A DNA stretch of 21,781 nt, taken from NCBI GenBank assembly GCA_043800755.1, contig JAZDMQ010000130.1, forward strand, positions 1 to 21,781, in the 5' to 3' direction. The notes beneath the pieces were generated by a model. The model was given only the letters and a program-made list of their open reading frames with translations, was not told the DNA's origin and ran no database searches. A program made the position numbers and the translations under genes. Positions 7,488-15,639 of this stretch are shown piece by piece. This DNA comes from a bacterium. GTDB lineage: Bacteria; Methylomirabilota; Methylomirabilia; CAVQYV01. How positions within the stretch are numbered: the stretch's first letter is position 1; every line of letters starts with the position of its first letter.

Positions 7488-9636
7488 GGGCGCCGCGGCA
7501 TCCGACGACGATGATCGGCTCTTCCGGCTTGACGCCCTCCAGCTCGGTAGCCACGAGTCCCAGGGCATGATCGATGCTCTGCATCCCGGAAAGATCCATG
7601 ATGTGGCTCCCCACGATCAGGAACAGGTCCGGGTAGATGATGCTGTCCCCATTGTAGATGGTCAGTTCCTCCCAGCTTTTCTTCAGCCCCTCCAAGGCAT
7701 CGGCTCCCGTCAGCTGATAGACCGCCCCGTCCGAACGCTGTACCTTGATGAATCCCTGATGGTCCAGAACCCGGATCGGGTAACGCCGGGAGCGGAAGAT
7801 GCGGAAGCGTCGCTTCTCCACCCGGCCCCGGTAGACATGGCATAGGCCTGATCTCGCGCAAAGCTCCACCTGATCGGGTGCTAAATTCATGGATCTCGCG
7901 GCGATGAGCTGGCACTCCTCCTGATCCGGCCGGCTGGCCATATCCTGCGTCCGCATCTCCATGCTGCCGATGGCCGTGGCCCGCACCTGACTGGTCTGTG
8001 GGTTGACCTCCACGAAGACCTCAATCGATTCGGGATTCGCACGGGCCTTCATCACCGCAGATCGCGCCTCCTGCTTGATGGCGACGATGTCTTGGGAAGT
8101 GGGATTGATGATGACGCGCTCCACCACCTCCCGCACCATGGCGAGGGCCACACCGATGGAGGACATCACCTCGGCATTCTCTGGGATCCGCAGCTCCAAA
8201 CCCATTCGCTGAGCGGTATGGGGAATGAGCACCGCCGCCCCGCCGCCCCCGCCCACCAGCACCACCTGATCCGGATCCAGCTCATATTCGGCCACCAGAC
8301 TTTTGATCACCGGGATGATCTTGTCCGTGGCGAGGTCGAGGATGCGCCGGGCTGCCTCTTCCACGGAAACCCCCAGCTGATTCGCCAGCGGGGCAATCGC
8401 TCGCCGGGCCGCCTCGCCGCTGCCGTAGGAATAGTACTCCGGCCTCACCAGGCCCAGGGCATTGGCCGCACAGGTGTTCGTAACGGCATAGACTTGGCCG
8501 CCCCGGGTCCGCACGGCGACATAGTCGGCCGGATCCTCGGCTTTTGGCTGAACGAAGATCAGTTCCGGCTCGACCATCTCTTCGGCCTCGCCGAAGGCCG
8601 CGTAGGGAAGCCCGGCGATGTGGGCGCTGCGCGGCCCGACGTCCACGATCTGTTTGCCCTTGGCCCGCACCATGCTGCCCCCGGCGACGCCCAGTACGCG
8701 AATGTCGAGGGAATTCACATAGGTGCGGTGGCCTCCCACCTCGGCGGATTTGATGGTGGGCTTTCCATTGCGGATCACCCCGATGTTGGTGCTGGTCCCG
8801 CCCACTTCGAAGAAGACGCCGTCCGAAACGCGGAGGTACATGAGGGCGCCCGCCACGGTGGCCGAGGGTCCTGAGAGCATGGTCAGGATAGGCCGCTTGC
8901 GCATCTCGTTCACATCCATCACGCCCCCGTCCCCCCGCATGATCATGAGAGGAGCCTGGATGCCGGCCTTTCGCACGCTTTCCTCCGTCATGTTGGCGGT
9001 CTCCAGCATCTTGGGCAGAATACCGGCATTGATCACCGCGGTGCGCGTTCGCGTGGTCAAGCCGTAGAGTTTGCTGATATTGTGTCCCCCGGTAGCCGGC
9101 AAGCCCAGCTCCTGGGCCACCTCCATCACCAGGGTCTCGTTGCCCGGATTGTCCACGCTGAACGCATCGCTCGCCACGATAACCTTCGCCCCGCGGCCCA
9201 AAAGCTCGGTGATGGCTCGCCGGGCCTCCTCGGCGGTCAGCTTCTCCGTGTTGAGGAAGATATGATGGGTCTTCAGGGCGCGGCCGGTAACGAGGGGGAT
9301 GTGCCCCACCGCCGTCTGGCTCTTGGCCAGCATACCGCCGAACCCACCGCTGCCCATGCCGATGATCCCCACCGGGGCCAGATCCCCTTCGAGGAGGGCG
9401 TTGGTGGCCTGGGTGGTGCTGTGCGCCAGAAAGACTACATTTCGGGGATCGATCTGGAAATCCTCGAGCGCACGCTGGAAGACATAGATCACCCCCTTCG
9501 CCACCCCCTCCACCGCCGAATGGGTCGTCAGGACGGAGGACTTGCCGATGATCTCCAACGTCTCGTTGTCGATCACCACCGCCTTGGTGAATGTGCCGCC
9601 CACATCGATGCCGATGCGGACCTGACGAACACTCAT
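7477..9636 (-). CDS. Hydantoinase/oxoprolinase family protein, A-type (ATP-binding ASKHA) subunit (719 aa)
   Basis: True start ATG 9636 (GAGGA RBS). Motifs RIGIDVGGTFT, HSTTQATNALLEG, IMRGDGG, TMLSGP, EVGGTST, GVAGGS, VGPRSA, GGGGG and SSIGVA. Confidence 0.92.
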   Translation of the reverse strand: MSVRQVRIGIDVGGTFTKAVVIDNETLEIIGKSSVLTTHSAVEGVAKGVIYVFQRALEDFQIDPRNVVFLAHSTTQATNALLEGDLAPVGIIGMGSGGFGGMLAKSQTAVGHIPLVTGRALKTHHIFLNTEKLTAEEARRAITELLGRGAKVIVASDAFSVDNPGNETLVMEVAQELGLPATGGHNISKLYGLTTRTRTAVINAGILPKMLETANMTEESVRKAGIQAPLMIMRGDGGVMDVNEMRKRPILTMLSGPSATVAGALMYLRVSDGVFFEVGGTSTNIGVIRNGKPTIKSAEVGGHRTYVNSLDIRVLGVAGGSMVRAKGKQIVDVGPRSAHIAGLPYAAFGEAEEMVEPELIFVQPKAEDPADYVAVRTRGGQVYAVTNTCAANALGLVRPEYYSYGSGEAARRAIAPLANQLGVSVEEAARRILDLATDKIIPVIKSLVAEYELDPDQVVLVGGGGGAAVLIPHTAQRMGLELRIPENAEVMSSIGVALAMVREVVERVIINPTSQDIVAIKQEARSAVMKARANPESIEVFVEVNPQTSQVRATAIGSMEMRTQDMASRPDQEECQLIAARSMNLAPDQVELCARSGLCHVYRGRVEKRRFRIFRSRRYPIRVLDHQGFIKVQRSDGAVYQLTGADALEGLKKSWEELTIYNGDSIIYPDLFLIVGSHIMDLSGMQSIDHALGLVATELEGVKPEEPIIVVGCRGARGL

Positions 9637-9701
9637 ACTTGACGATCCTCTTCTCTTTTCGCAATCGGTAAAACGCGCCACCGCAGAAACTCTTATCTCG
9701 A

Positions 9702-10979
9702 TTACGGCACCATCCAATAGGCCAGGAAGGCGTTGACGGCCACCATCAGCCATCCCCAGGGAAGGGCTGTTTGGAGGAACTGGCGGTGGGTGACCTTGGT
9801 GTAGCCGATGGTCCATAAGGTCCAGGAGTTGGTGGGGTCCTGGCTTCCCTGGAGGCAAAGGGCCCCCCGCCAGACGCAGTATAAATAGATGGGCGAGAGG
9901 GCCTTCGCATTCAGAAACATGGCAAGCAGAGCAGCCCCGGTCCCCACCGCAGCGAACGGTCCCCGATAAATCGCCAGCGGCGCCAGGGCGGCGAAGAAGA
10001 GGGCGGCGGCCAGGCGAGTATGGGGGAGGAGAGGACCGAAGACCGGGTTGAGGACCTTTTGCACGGCAGGGAGCTGGCCGCAGATGATGAGCATGCCGCA
10101 GATGATCCACAAGGCGGCGATGGTGGCGATGTCGGGGAAGGCATCGTAGAAGGTCTTGTGGAAGAGATCCACGCTTTGCCGGAAGCTCCTCTTGTGAAAT
10201 TGGGTGGTGAGGAGGGCATAGAGGATGCCTGAGAGGAAGGCGGGGATCATGGTCCACTTGCAGGCGATGACCAGGAGGACGGGGACGGCCGGGGCCAGAT
10301 AGGCGTACCAGGCTATTTGGGGACGGGAGGGAGGAGAGATCGTGACGGCGGAGTATTTGCGGGTTCCTTTCAGCTGGAGGTGGAAGAAGGACATGGCGCA
10401 GGCGCAGAGGAGGTAGACGAAAAAGCCGGTGAAGTAGAACTTGAGGTAGGGCATCTCGTAGAGGATGCCGGGGAACATGGGCTTGAAGATGTTGAACTCC
10501 ACCAAGTTGACGTAGTTGCCGGCCCCGATGGCCATGGTGAAGGCGGGGGCGGCGACATAGGGGGGGATACCCATGGACATCATGATGGGGAGGGCGATCA
10601 CGCCTAAGGCGATGGCGGCCCCTACGCCGTAGAGGGAGGTGAAGAGGAGGCCGGTGACTAAAGAGACGACGATGGCGACGATGACGGGACGATCGCCCGC
10701 CAGTTCGATGGCGGAGCGGATGATGTTCTCGGCGATGCCGGTCTGGACTAACGTCTGGCCGAACCAGGCCCCAAAGACGATGATGACGATGGCATTGGCA
10801 TAGGCGGTCCCTCCCTTGTCGAGGACCTGGGTCAGGATCTCCCGGAAGGGGACCTTGGCCAAGAGGGCCCAGAGGATGGCCAAGAGCATCAGGGAGATGA
10901 TGGGGCTTTCGCCCTTGACGATGAAGATGACGACGCCGACATAGACCAGGAGCATCAAGAGGCCGAGGAAGAGGTCCAT
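9702..10979 (-). CDS. Ion-transporter (IT) superfamily permease, citrate/gluconate transporter-like (425 aa)
   Basis: Start ATG 10979 (AAAGGA RBS). About 11-12 hydrophobic segments. The motif IIVFGAWFGQTLVQTGIAENIIR is typical of the CitMHS/GntP/DctM-type IT superfamily. Substrate unknown. Confidence 0.85.
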   Translation of the reverse strand: MDLFLGLLMLLVYVGVVIFIVKGESPIISLMLLAILWALLAKVPFREILTQVLDKGGTAYANAIVIIVFGAWFGQTLVQTGIAENIIRSAIELAGDRPVIVAIVVSLVTGLLFTSLYGVGAAIALGVIALPIMMSMGIPPYVAAPAFTMAIGAGNYVNLVEFNIFKPMFPGILYEMPYLKFYFTGFFVYLLCACAMSFFHLQLKGTRKYSAVTISPPSRPQIAWYAYLAPAVPVLLVIACKWTMIPAFLSGILYALLTTQFHKRSFRQSVDLFHKTFYDAFPDIATIAALWIICGMLIICGQLPAVQKVLNPVFGPLLPHTRLAAALFFAALAPLAIYRGPFAAVGTGAALLAMFLNAKALSPIYLYCVWRGALCLQGSQDPTNSWTLWTIGYTKVTHRQFLQTALPWGWLMVAVNAFLAYWMVP

Positions 10980-11168
10980 GGGGTGTTCCTTTCGTGAGAA
11001 CTGCTGGCGCAGGGGATCTGCCGGGTACAAAGCATGGCCGAAACCCGAACCGGCCCCGCAAATTGGATGGCCCCAGGGTATCGTTCGCAACCGTTCATCG
11101 GTTTTTCCTCACCCGGGAAGGAAATAGAGGACCGGAAATCAAGACTGGGCAGAAAGTCTGACTTAGCT

Positions 11169-11197
11169 TTTTTACTCTTCTCCTCTTTCCTTGTCAA
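11169..11197 (-). promoter_or_regulatory. Possible sigma70 promoter of the permease-hydantoinase operon
   Basis: TTGACA (11197-11192), 17 nt, TAAAAA. Confidence 0.45.
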
Positions 11198-11247
11198 TAT
11201 CCTTCCCTAAGGATCCGTGTGAGGCGGGATAGTCCTTTCGAAATCCC

Positions 11248-11276
11248 TTGACCCCTTTCTCCATAGAGGATATTTT
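11248..11276 (+). promoter_or_regulatory. Sigma70 promoter of OYE copy 1
   Basis: TTGACC, 17 nt, TATTTT. Same position relative to the ATG as the promoter of copy 2. Confidence 0.55.
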
Positions 11277-11320
11277 GAGACTGTAAGTCGCGATTTCAGG
11301 CCCATCGTAAGGAGGATGCC

Positions 11321-12448
11321 ATGAGAGCAAGCCACGGAGGGGATTACCCCCTTCTTTTCACTCCGGCGCGAATCGCCGGGCTCGATCTTCCCAACCGCCT
11401 GGTCATGGCCCCCACGGCGATCAACTTCGCCAACCCGGATGGGACGCCCTCGGATCGGCAGATCGAATACTATCGAATGCGGGCAGAGGGCGGGGTAGGC
11501 CTGATCATCGTGGAGGCTGCCTTCGTCCGGGCCGATGGGCGATCCTTCTCTCACAGCCTGGGACTGGATCAGGACTCCCAGATCCCTGAGTTTCGCAGGC
11601 TGGCCCAGGCCATTCAGGCGGCAGGGGCGAAGGCAGGGATTCAACTGGTGCACGGCGGGCGCCGGGCCAACCCGCAGATCATCGGCGGCCAGCCCCTCGG
11701 CCCCTCTCCGATCCCCTGTCCCCTGCGTCAGGTCGTCCCCCGGGAGTTGAGGGAGGAGGAGGTTCCGGGGCTGTCTCAGGCCTTCGTGGCCGCAGCGGAG
11801 CGGGCCCAGGAGGCTGGGTTTGACCTCATCTGCCTGCACATGGCCCATGGCACCCTCTTACACCAGTTTCTTACCCCCCTCGCCAATCAGCGGCAGGATC
11901 AATACGGCCGCAATCTGGAGGGGAGGCTGCGTCTTCCTTTGATGATCGTACAAGGCATCCGCGAGCGCCTGGGCCCGGACATCGCCCTTTCCTGCCGCAT
12001 CAGCGCTGAGGATGGCGTGGAGGGAGGATTGAAGCTTTCCGACACCTGTCAGATTGCCAGAGGGTTGAGAGCAGCGGGTGCGGATCTGGTCGATGTCTCC
12101 TTCGGCATCCAGGGATCTACGCCTCTAACTTCCCCCACTCAGGAGGCGCCATTTGGCTGTTTCGTACCTTTCGCCGAGAGAATCCGGCAGGACGCCGGTG
12201 GTCCGGTGATCGCGGTGGGGAAGATCTGGGATCCGGCCCTGGCAGAGGAGATCCTCAAGTCGGGAAGGACGGATCTGATTGCCTTGAGCAGACCGCTGCT
12301 CGCAGATCCGGATCTGCCCCGGAAATGGAAGGAAGGTCAACCGAAGCTGGTTCGGCCCTGCATTGGCGATAACAAGGGCTGTCTGGGCCGCCTCTTTCAG
12401 GACCTGGAGGTCCGCTGCTCCGTCAATCCCTCCCTGGGGCGGGGATGA
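11321..12448 (+). CDS. NADH:flavin oxidoreductase / Old Yellow Enzyme family, copy 1 (375 aa)
   Basis: AAGGAGG RBS. Motifs LPNRLVMAP, GGVGLIIVE, GIQLVHGGR, HMAHGT, NQRQDQYG, DLIALSRPLLADPDLP and the tail CIGDNKGC-x11-CSVNP. Confidence 0.93.
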   Translation: MRASHGGDYPLLFTPARIAGLDLPNRLVMAPTAINFANPDGTPSDRQIEYYRMRAEGGVGLIIVEAAFVRADGRSFSHSLGLDQDSQIPEFRRLAQAIQAAGAKAGIQLVHGGRRANPQIIGGQPLGPSPIPCPLRQVVPRELREEEVPGLSQAFVAAAERAQEAGFDLICLHMAHGTLLHQFLTPLANQRQDQYGRNLEGRLRLPLMIVQGIRERLGPDIALSCRISAEDGVEGGLKLSDTCQIARGLRAAGADLVDVSFGIQGSTPLTSPTQEAPFGCFVPFAERIRQDAGGPVIAVGKIWDPALAEEILKSGRTDLIALSRPLLADPDLPRKWKEGQPKLVRPCIGDNKGCLGRLFQDLEVRCSVNPSLGRG

Positions 12449-12547
12449 GGCCGCGCCTTGGTCGTTGCTTGGGGGAAACGGCTGAATAACCTGGGGATTT
12501 GCTGGGGAAATGGGGGTTCTGGCTCTTAGCCCCTGGACCCTGCTGAC

Positions 12548-13789
12548 CTACGTCTGTTCCACCAGGGCGGCGGCAAACTCGGAGCAGGAGAGATGGTGCA
12601 GGTCCGTCTCCCCCTCCGCCTGCCAGCCCCGAACCAGGTCATAGGTGCCCTGGTGCTGGGACAGGGCCTTCTTTAGAGCCGTGTGGATCAGGACCGCGGC
12701 CTGCTTCCACCCCAGGTATTCGAGCATCATGGCGGCGGAGAGGATGAGGGAAGAGGGATTTACCTTGTCCTGGCCGGCGTAGCGGGGCGCGCTGCCATGG
12801 GTGGCCTCGAAGACCGCAATCCAGTCCCCGATATTGGTACCCGGGGCCATGCCCAGGCCGCCCACTGTGGCCGCGGCCGCATCCGAGATGTAGTCGCCGT
12901 TGAGGTTGGGGGTGACGATGAGGTCGTATTCGTCGGTGCGGGTCAGGAGCTGCTGAAACATGTTGTCGGCGATGCGGTCGTTGACCAGGATCTTGCCTCC
13001 GGTGGTTCTCTCGCCGGGCCCGTCCTGCTTTTTCGCAGCCTGGGCCTCGGTGAGGAAGCGGCCTGCAAATTCCGGCTCCTCCAGGACCTCGTAGCCCCAA
13101 CGCATGAAGGCGCCCTCGGTGAACTTCATGATGTTCCCCTTGTGCATGAAGGTGACGGCCCGCCGGCGCTCCTGTAGGGCGTAGCGGAGGGCCTTGCGCA
13201 CATGGCGCTTGGTGCGGGAGGGGCTGATGGGCTTGATGCCGACGGCCGCATCCGGGCTCAGTTGTTCCTCGCTCACGCCCATCTCCCTCAGGAATCCGAT
13301 GATCCGCTTGGCCTCCGGGGACTCTGTCGGATATTCGATGCCTGCGTAGACATCTTCGGTGTTCTCCCGGAAGATCACCAGATCCACCTTCTCCGGGTGC
13401 TTGAGGGGCGAGGCCGACCCATACCAGCGCACCGGCCTCACGCAGGAGTAGAGGTCCAGCACCTGTCTGATGGTCACATTCAGGGAACGAAGGCCGCCGC
13501 CCACGGGGGTGGTAAGGGGTCCCTTGATCCCCACGATGTGCTCCCGAAAGGCCATCAAGGTCTCCAGGGGAAGATACTCGCCCATCTCCTGGTGGGCCTT
13601 TTCCCCGGCCAGAACCTCCTCCCACTCGATCCTTCTCTGGCCGGCGTAGGCCCGCTCCACCGCCGTATCTACTACCTGCCTCATCGCGGGGGTAATGTCG
13701 ACCCCGATCCCATCCCCCTCCACAAAGGGGATGATTGGCCGATCCGGGACCACCATCTCGTCGTTTTCGATCCTAATCTTCTCCGGCAT
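12548..13789 (-). CDS. icd: Isocitrate dehydrogenase, NADP-dependent, homodimeric E. coli type (413 aa)
   Basis: Motifs [77 protein letters not shown] and TYDLVR. GAGGTG RBS. Confidence 0.96.
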   Translation of the reverse strand: MPEKIRIENDEMVVPDRPIIPFVEGDGIGVDITPAMRQVVDTAVERAYAGQRRIEWEEVLAGEKAHQEMGEYLPLETLMAFREHIVGIKGPLTTPVGGGLRSLNVTIRQVLDLYSCVRPVRWYGSASPLKHPEKVDLVIFRENTEDVYAGIEYPTESPEAKRIIGFLREMGVSEEQLSPDAAVGIKPISPSRTKRHVRKALRYALQERRRAVTFMHKGNIMKFTEGAFMRWGYEVLEEPEFAGRFLTEAQAAKKQDGPGERTTGGKILVNDRIADNMFQQLLTRTDEYDLIVTPNLNGDYISDAAAATVGGLGMAPGTNIGDWIAVFEATHGSAPRYAGQDKVNPSSLILSAAMMLEYLGWKQAAVLIHTALKKALSQHQGTYDLVRGWQAEGETDLHHLSCSEFAAALVEQT

Positions 13790-13884
13790 GTCTCACCTCA
13801 CTGATGCAAATGTCCATCCAGGCCTCATTGAAGTCTCGCAACCGGCGCTCTTCTTCGAGGCTGCATCCTTACGCACTGCGTCCT

Positions 13885-14382
13885 TCAAAGGAGGATATCC
13901 CCGTGCTTCTTGATGTGTTCCACCAATCCCCCATCCTCCAGGATCCTCAGGAGCTGGGGGGTGAGGGGCCGGAACCGGGCCTCCTTGCCGTTGGTGAGGT
14001 CCCTCACCAGGCCCTCGGCCAGGGCCACCTCCAGCTCGTCGCCATCGCCCACAAAGGAGGTATCCACGATGATGGCTGGCAGGCCAATGTTCACCGCATT
14101 GCGGAAGAAGATCCGGGCGAAGGATCTGGCCAATACCGCCGAGACCCCCGCCAGCTTGATGATGGTGGGTGCGTGCTCCCGGGAGGAGCCCAGACCGAAG
14201 TTGTTGCCTGCCACCACGAAGTCGCCGGGCTGCACGCGGGCGGCAAAGTCTCCCCTCACATCCTCCAGCAGGTGCCTGGCCAGCTCGGGCAGGTTGGAGC
14301 GGAGATGGAAATAGCGGCCCGGCGCAATGTGATCGGTGGAGATATCATCTCCGAAGACCCATGCCCTTCCTCTCGGCTTCAT
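13885..14382 (-). CDS. leuD: LeuD/HacB-family small subunit (3-isopropylmalate dehydratase/homoaconitase swivel domain); by context a probable aconitase subunit (165 aa)
   Basis: Motifs GRAWVFGDDISTDHIAPG, VVAGNNFGLGSSREHA and SFARIFFRNAVNIGLP. ATGA overlap with the large subunit. The symbol marks the family, not a proven leucine function. Confidence 0.9.
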   Translation of the reverse strand: MKPRGRAWVFGDDISTDHIAPGRYFHLRSNLPELARHLLEDVRGDFAARVQPGDFVVAGNNFGLGSSREHAPTIIKLAGVSAVLARSFARIFFRNAVNIGLPAIIVDTSFVGDGDELEVALAEGLVRDLTNGKEARFRPLTPQLLRILEDGGLVEHIKKHGDILL

Positions 14383-15635
14383 GGCAAGACCTCCCGGGGA
14401 TCGGTGATGCGGCCCGTGAGCGCGGACGCCGCAGCCACTGCAGGAGAGGAGAGATAGATGAGCCCCTTAGGGTTCCCCATCCGGCCTTCAAAATTGCGGT
14501 TCTGGGTGGAGAGGCAGACCTCGCCGTCCCCCAAAGCCCCCTGGTGTACCCCCACGCAGGGCCCGCAGCCCGGAGGCAACACCAGGGCCCCGGCCTCCAC
14601 CAGGACAGAAAGCAAGCCCTCGGCCATGGCCCGCAGGTAGATCTCCCGGGAGGCTGGGCCGACCAGGAGCCGTACTCCTGGGGCGACCGATTTTCCCCGT
14701 AGGATCTGGGCCGCCACCTGCAGGTCCGAGAGCCTGCCATTGGTGCAGGTCCCAATGAAGACCTGATCTACCTTCACCTCCAAGAGGTCCCTGGCGGGTG
14801 AGGTTTGATCCACCCGGTGCGGCCGGGACACGGTCGGCTCGATGCGGGAGAGGTCGTAATGCAGAGTCCTTTCGTAGGCTGCGTCCGGGTCGGGCTCCAT
14901 CTCCCGGAACTGCTCGGTCCGGCCCCTCTCTGCGAGGTAAGCCCTGGTCTGCTCGTCCGCAGGAAAGATCCCGGCCTTGGCCCCGGCCTCCACTGCCATG
15001 TTGGAGATAGTCAGCCGGGACTCCATGTCCAGGGCCTCCAAGTCCCCTCCGAACTCCAGGACCTGGTAGTCGGCGCCGTCGGCCCCGATCTCCCCGATGA
15101 GGTGCAGGATCAGGTCCTTGGCGAAGACCCCCTTCGCGAGCCGGCCCCGAATCTCTACCCGGATGCTCTCGGGCACACGGAACCAGGTCTTGCCCAAGGC
15201 CATGGCGGCTGCCACATCCGTAGACCCCATGCCCGTGGCAAAGGCCCCGAAGGCTCCGGCGGTGCAGGTGTGGGAATCTGCGCCCACGATGAGCATCCCA
15301 GGGGCTGCGCGCTCCTCTGCCACCAATTGGTGGCAGATGCCCTCGCCCACTTCAGAAACCGCTGCCCCGGCCTTCTCTGAAAACTCCCGCATAAACAGAT
15401 GGTCGTTGGAGAGCTCCCGGCGGGGGCTGGGGGCTGCGTGGTCCAGGAAGAAGATCGTGGTCTCCGGGTGGGCAACCTGGGAAAGCCCGAGATTTGCGAT
15501 CTGCCGCACCGTGAGGGGACCGGTGCCGTCCTGGGCGAAGACCAGGTCCACCCGGGCCACTACCAGGTCGCCGGCCTGCGCCTCCCTCCCGCTCTTCTCC
15601 GAGAGGATCTTCTCGGCGATGGTCTTCCCGCTCAT
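14379..15635 (-). CDS. leuC: LeuC/HacA-family large subunit, [4Fe-4S] hydratase; by context a probable aconitase subunit (418 aa)
   Basis: Start ATG 15635 (MSGKTIAEKIL). Motifs GICHQ, GADSHTCT, ISNMAVEAGAK, FIGTCTNGR, GCGPC and STQNRNFEGRMG. The symbol marks the family only. Confidence 0.92.
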   Translation of the reverse strand: MSGKTIAEKILSEKSGREAQAGDLVVARVDLVFAQDGTGPLTVRQIANLGLSQVAHPETTIFFLDHAAPSPRRELSNDHLFMREFSEKAGAAVSEVGEGICHQLVAEERAAPGMLIVGADSHTCTAGAFGAFATGMGSTDVAAAMALGKTWFRVPESIRVEIRGRLAKGVFAKDLILHLIGEIGADGADYQVLEFGGDLEALDMESRLTISNMAVEAGAKAGIFPADEQTRAYLAERGRTEQFREMEPDPDAAYERTLHYDLSRIEPTVSRPHRVDQTSPARDLLEVKVDQVFIGTCTNGRLSDLQVAAQILRGKSVAPGVRLLVGPASREIYLRAMAEGLLSVLVEAGALVLPPGCGPCVGVHQGALGDGEVCLSTQNRNFEGRMGNPKGLIYLSSPAVAAASALTGRITDPREVLP

Positions 15636-15639
15636 CTCG

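Noticed and set aside
11025-11042. Sigma54-like GG...TTG element upstream of the permease
   Set aside because: The spacing and the -12 GC dinucleotide do not match TGGCAC-N5-TTGC.
9637-11061. 475-codon N-terminal extension of the 1194-aa ORF, suggesting a fusion or overlapping gene
   Set aside because: It is an alternative frame of the permease, whose strongly C-ending codons suppress stops. The translation is His/Arg/Pro-rich nonsense, and the hydantoinase has its own RBS and ATG at 9636.
12449-12547. Four G-runs between convergent OYE1 and icd (G-quadruplex or terminator)
   Set aside because: The first loop is long, there is no clean stem with a U-tract, and G-runs are common at this GC content.
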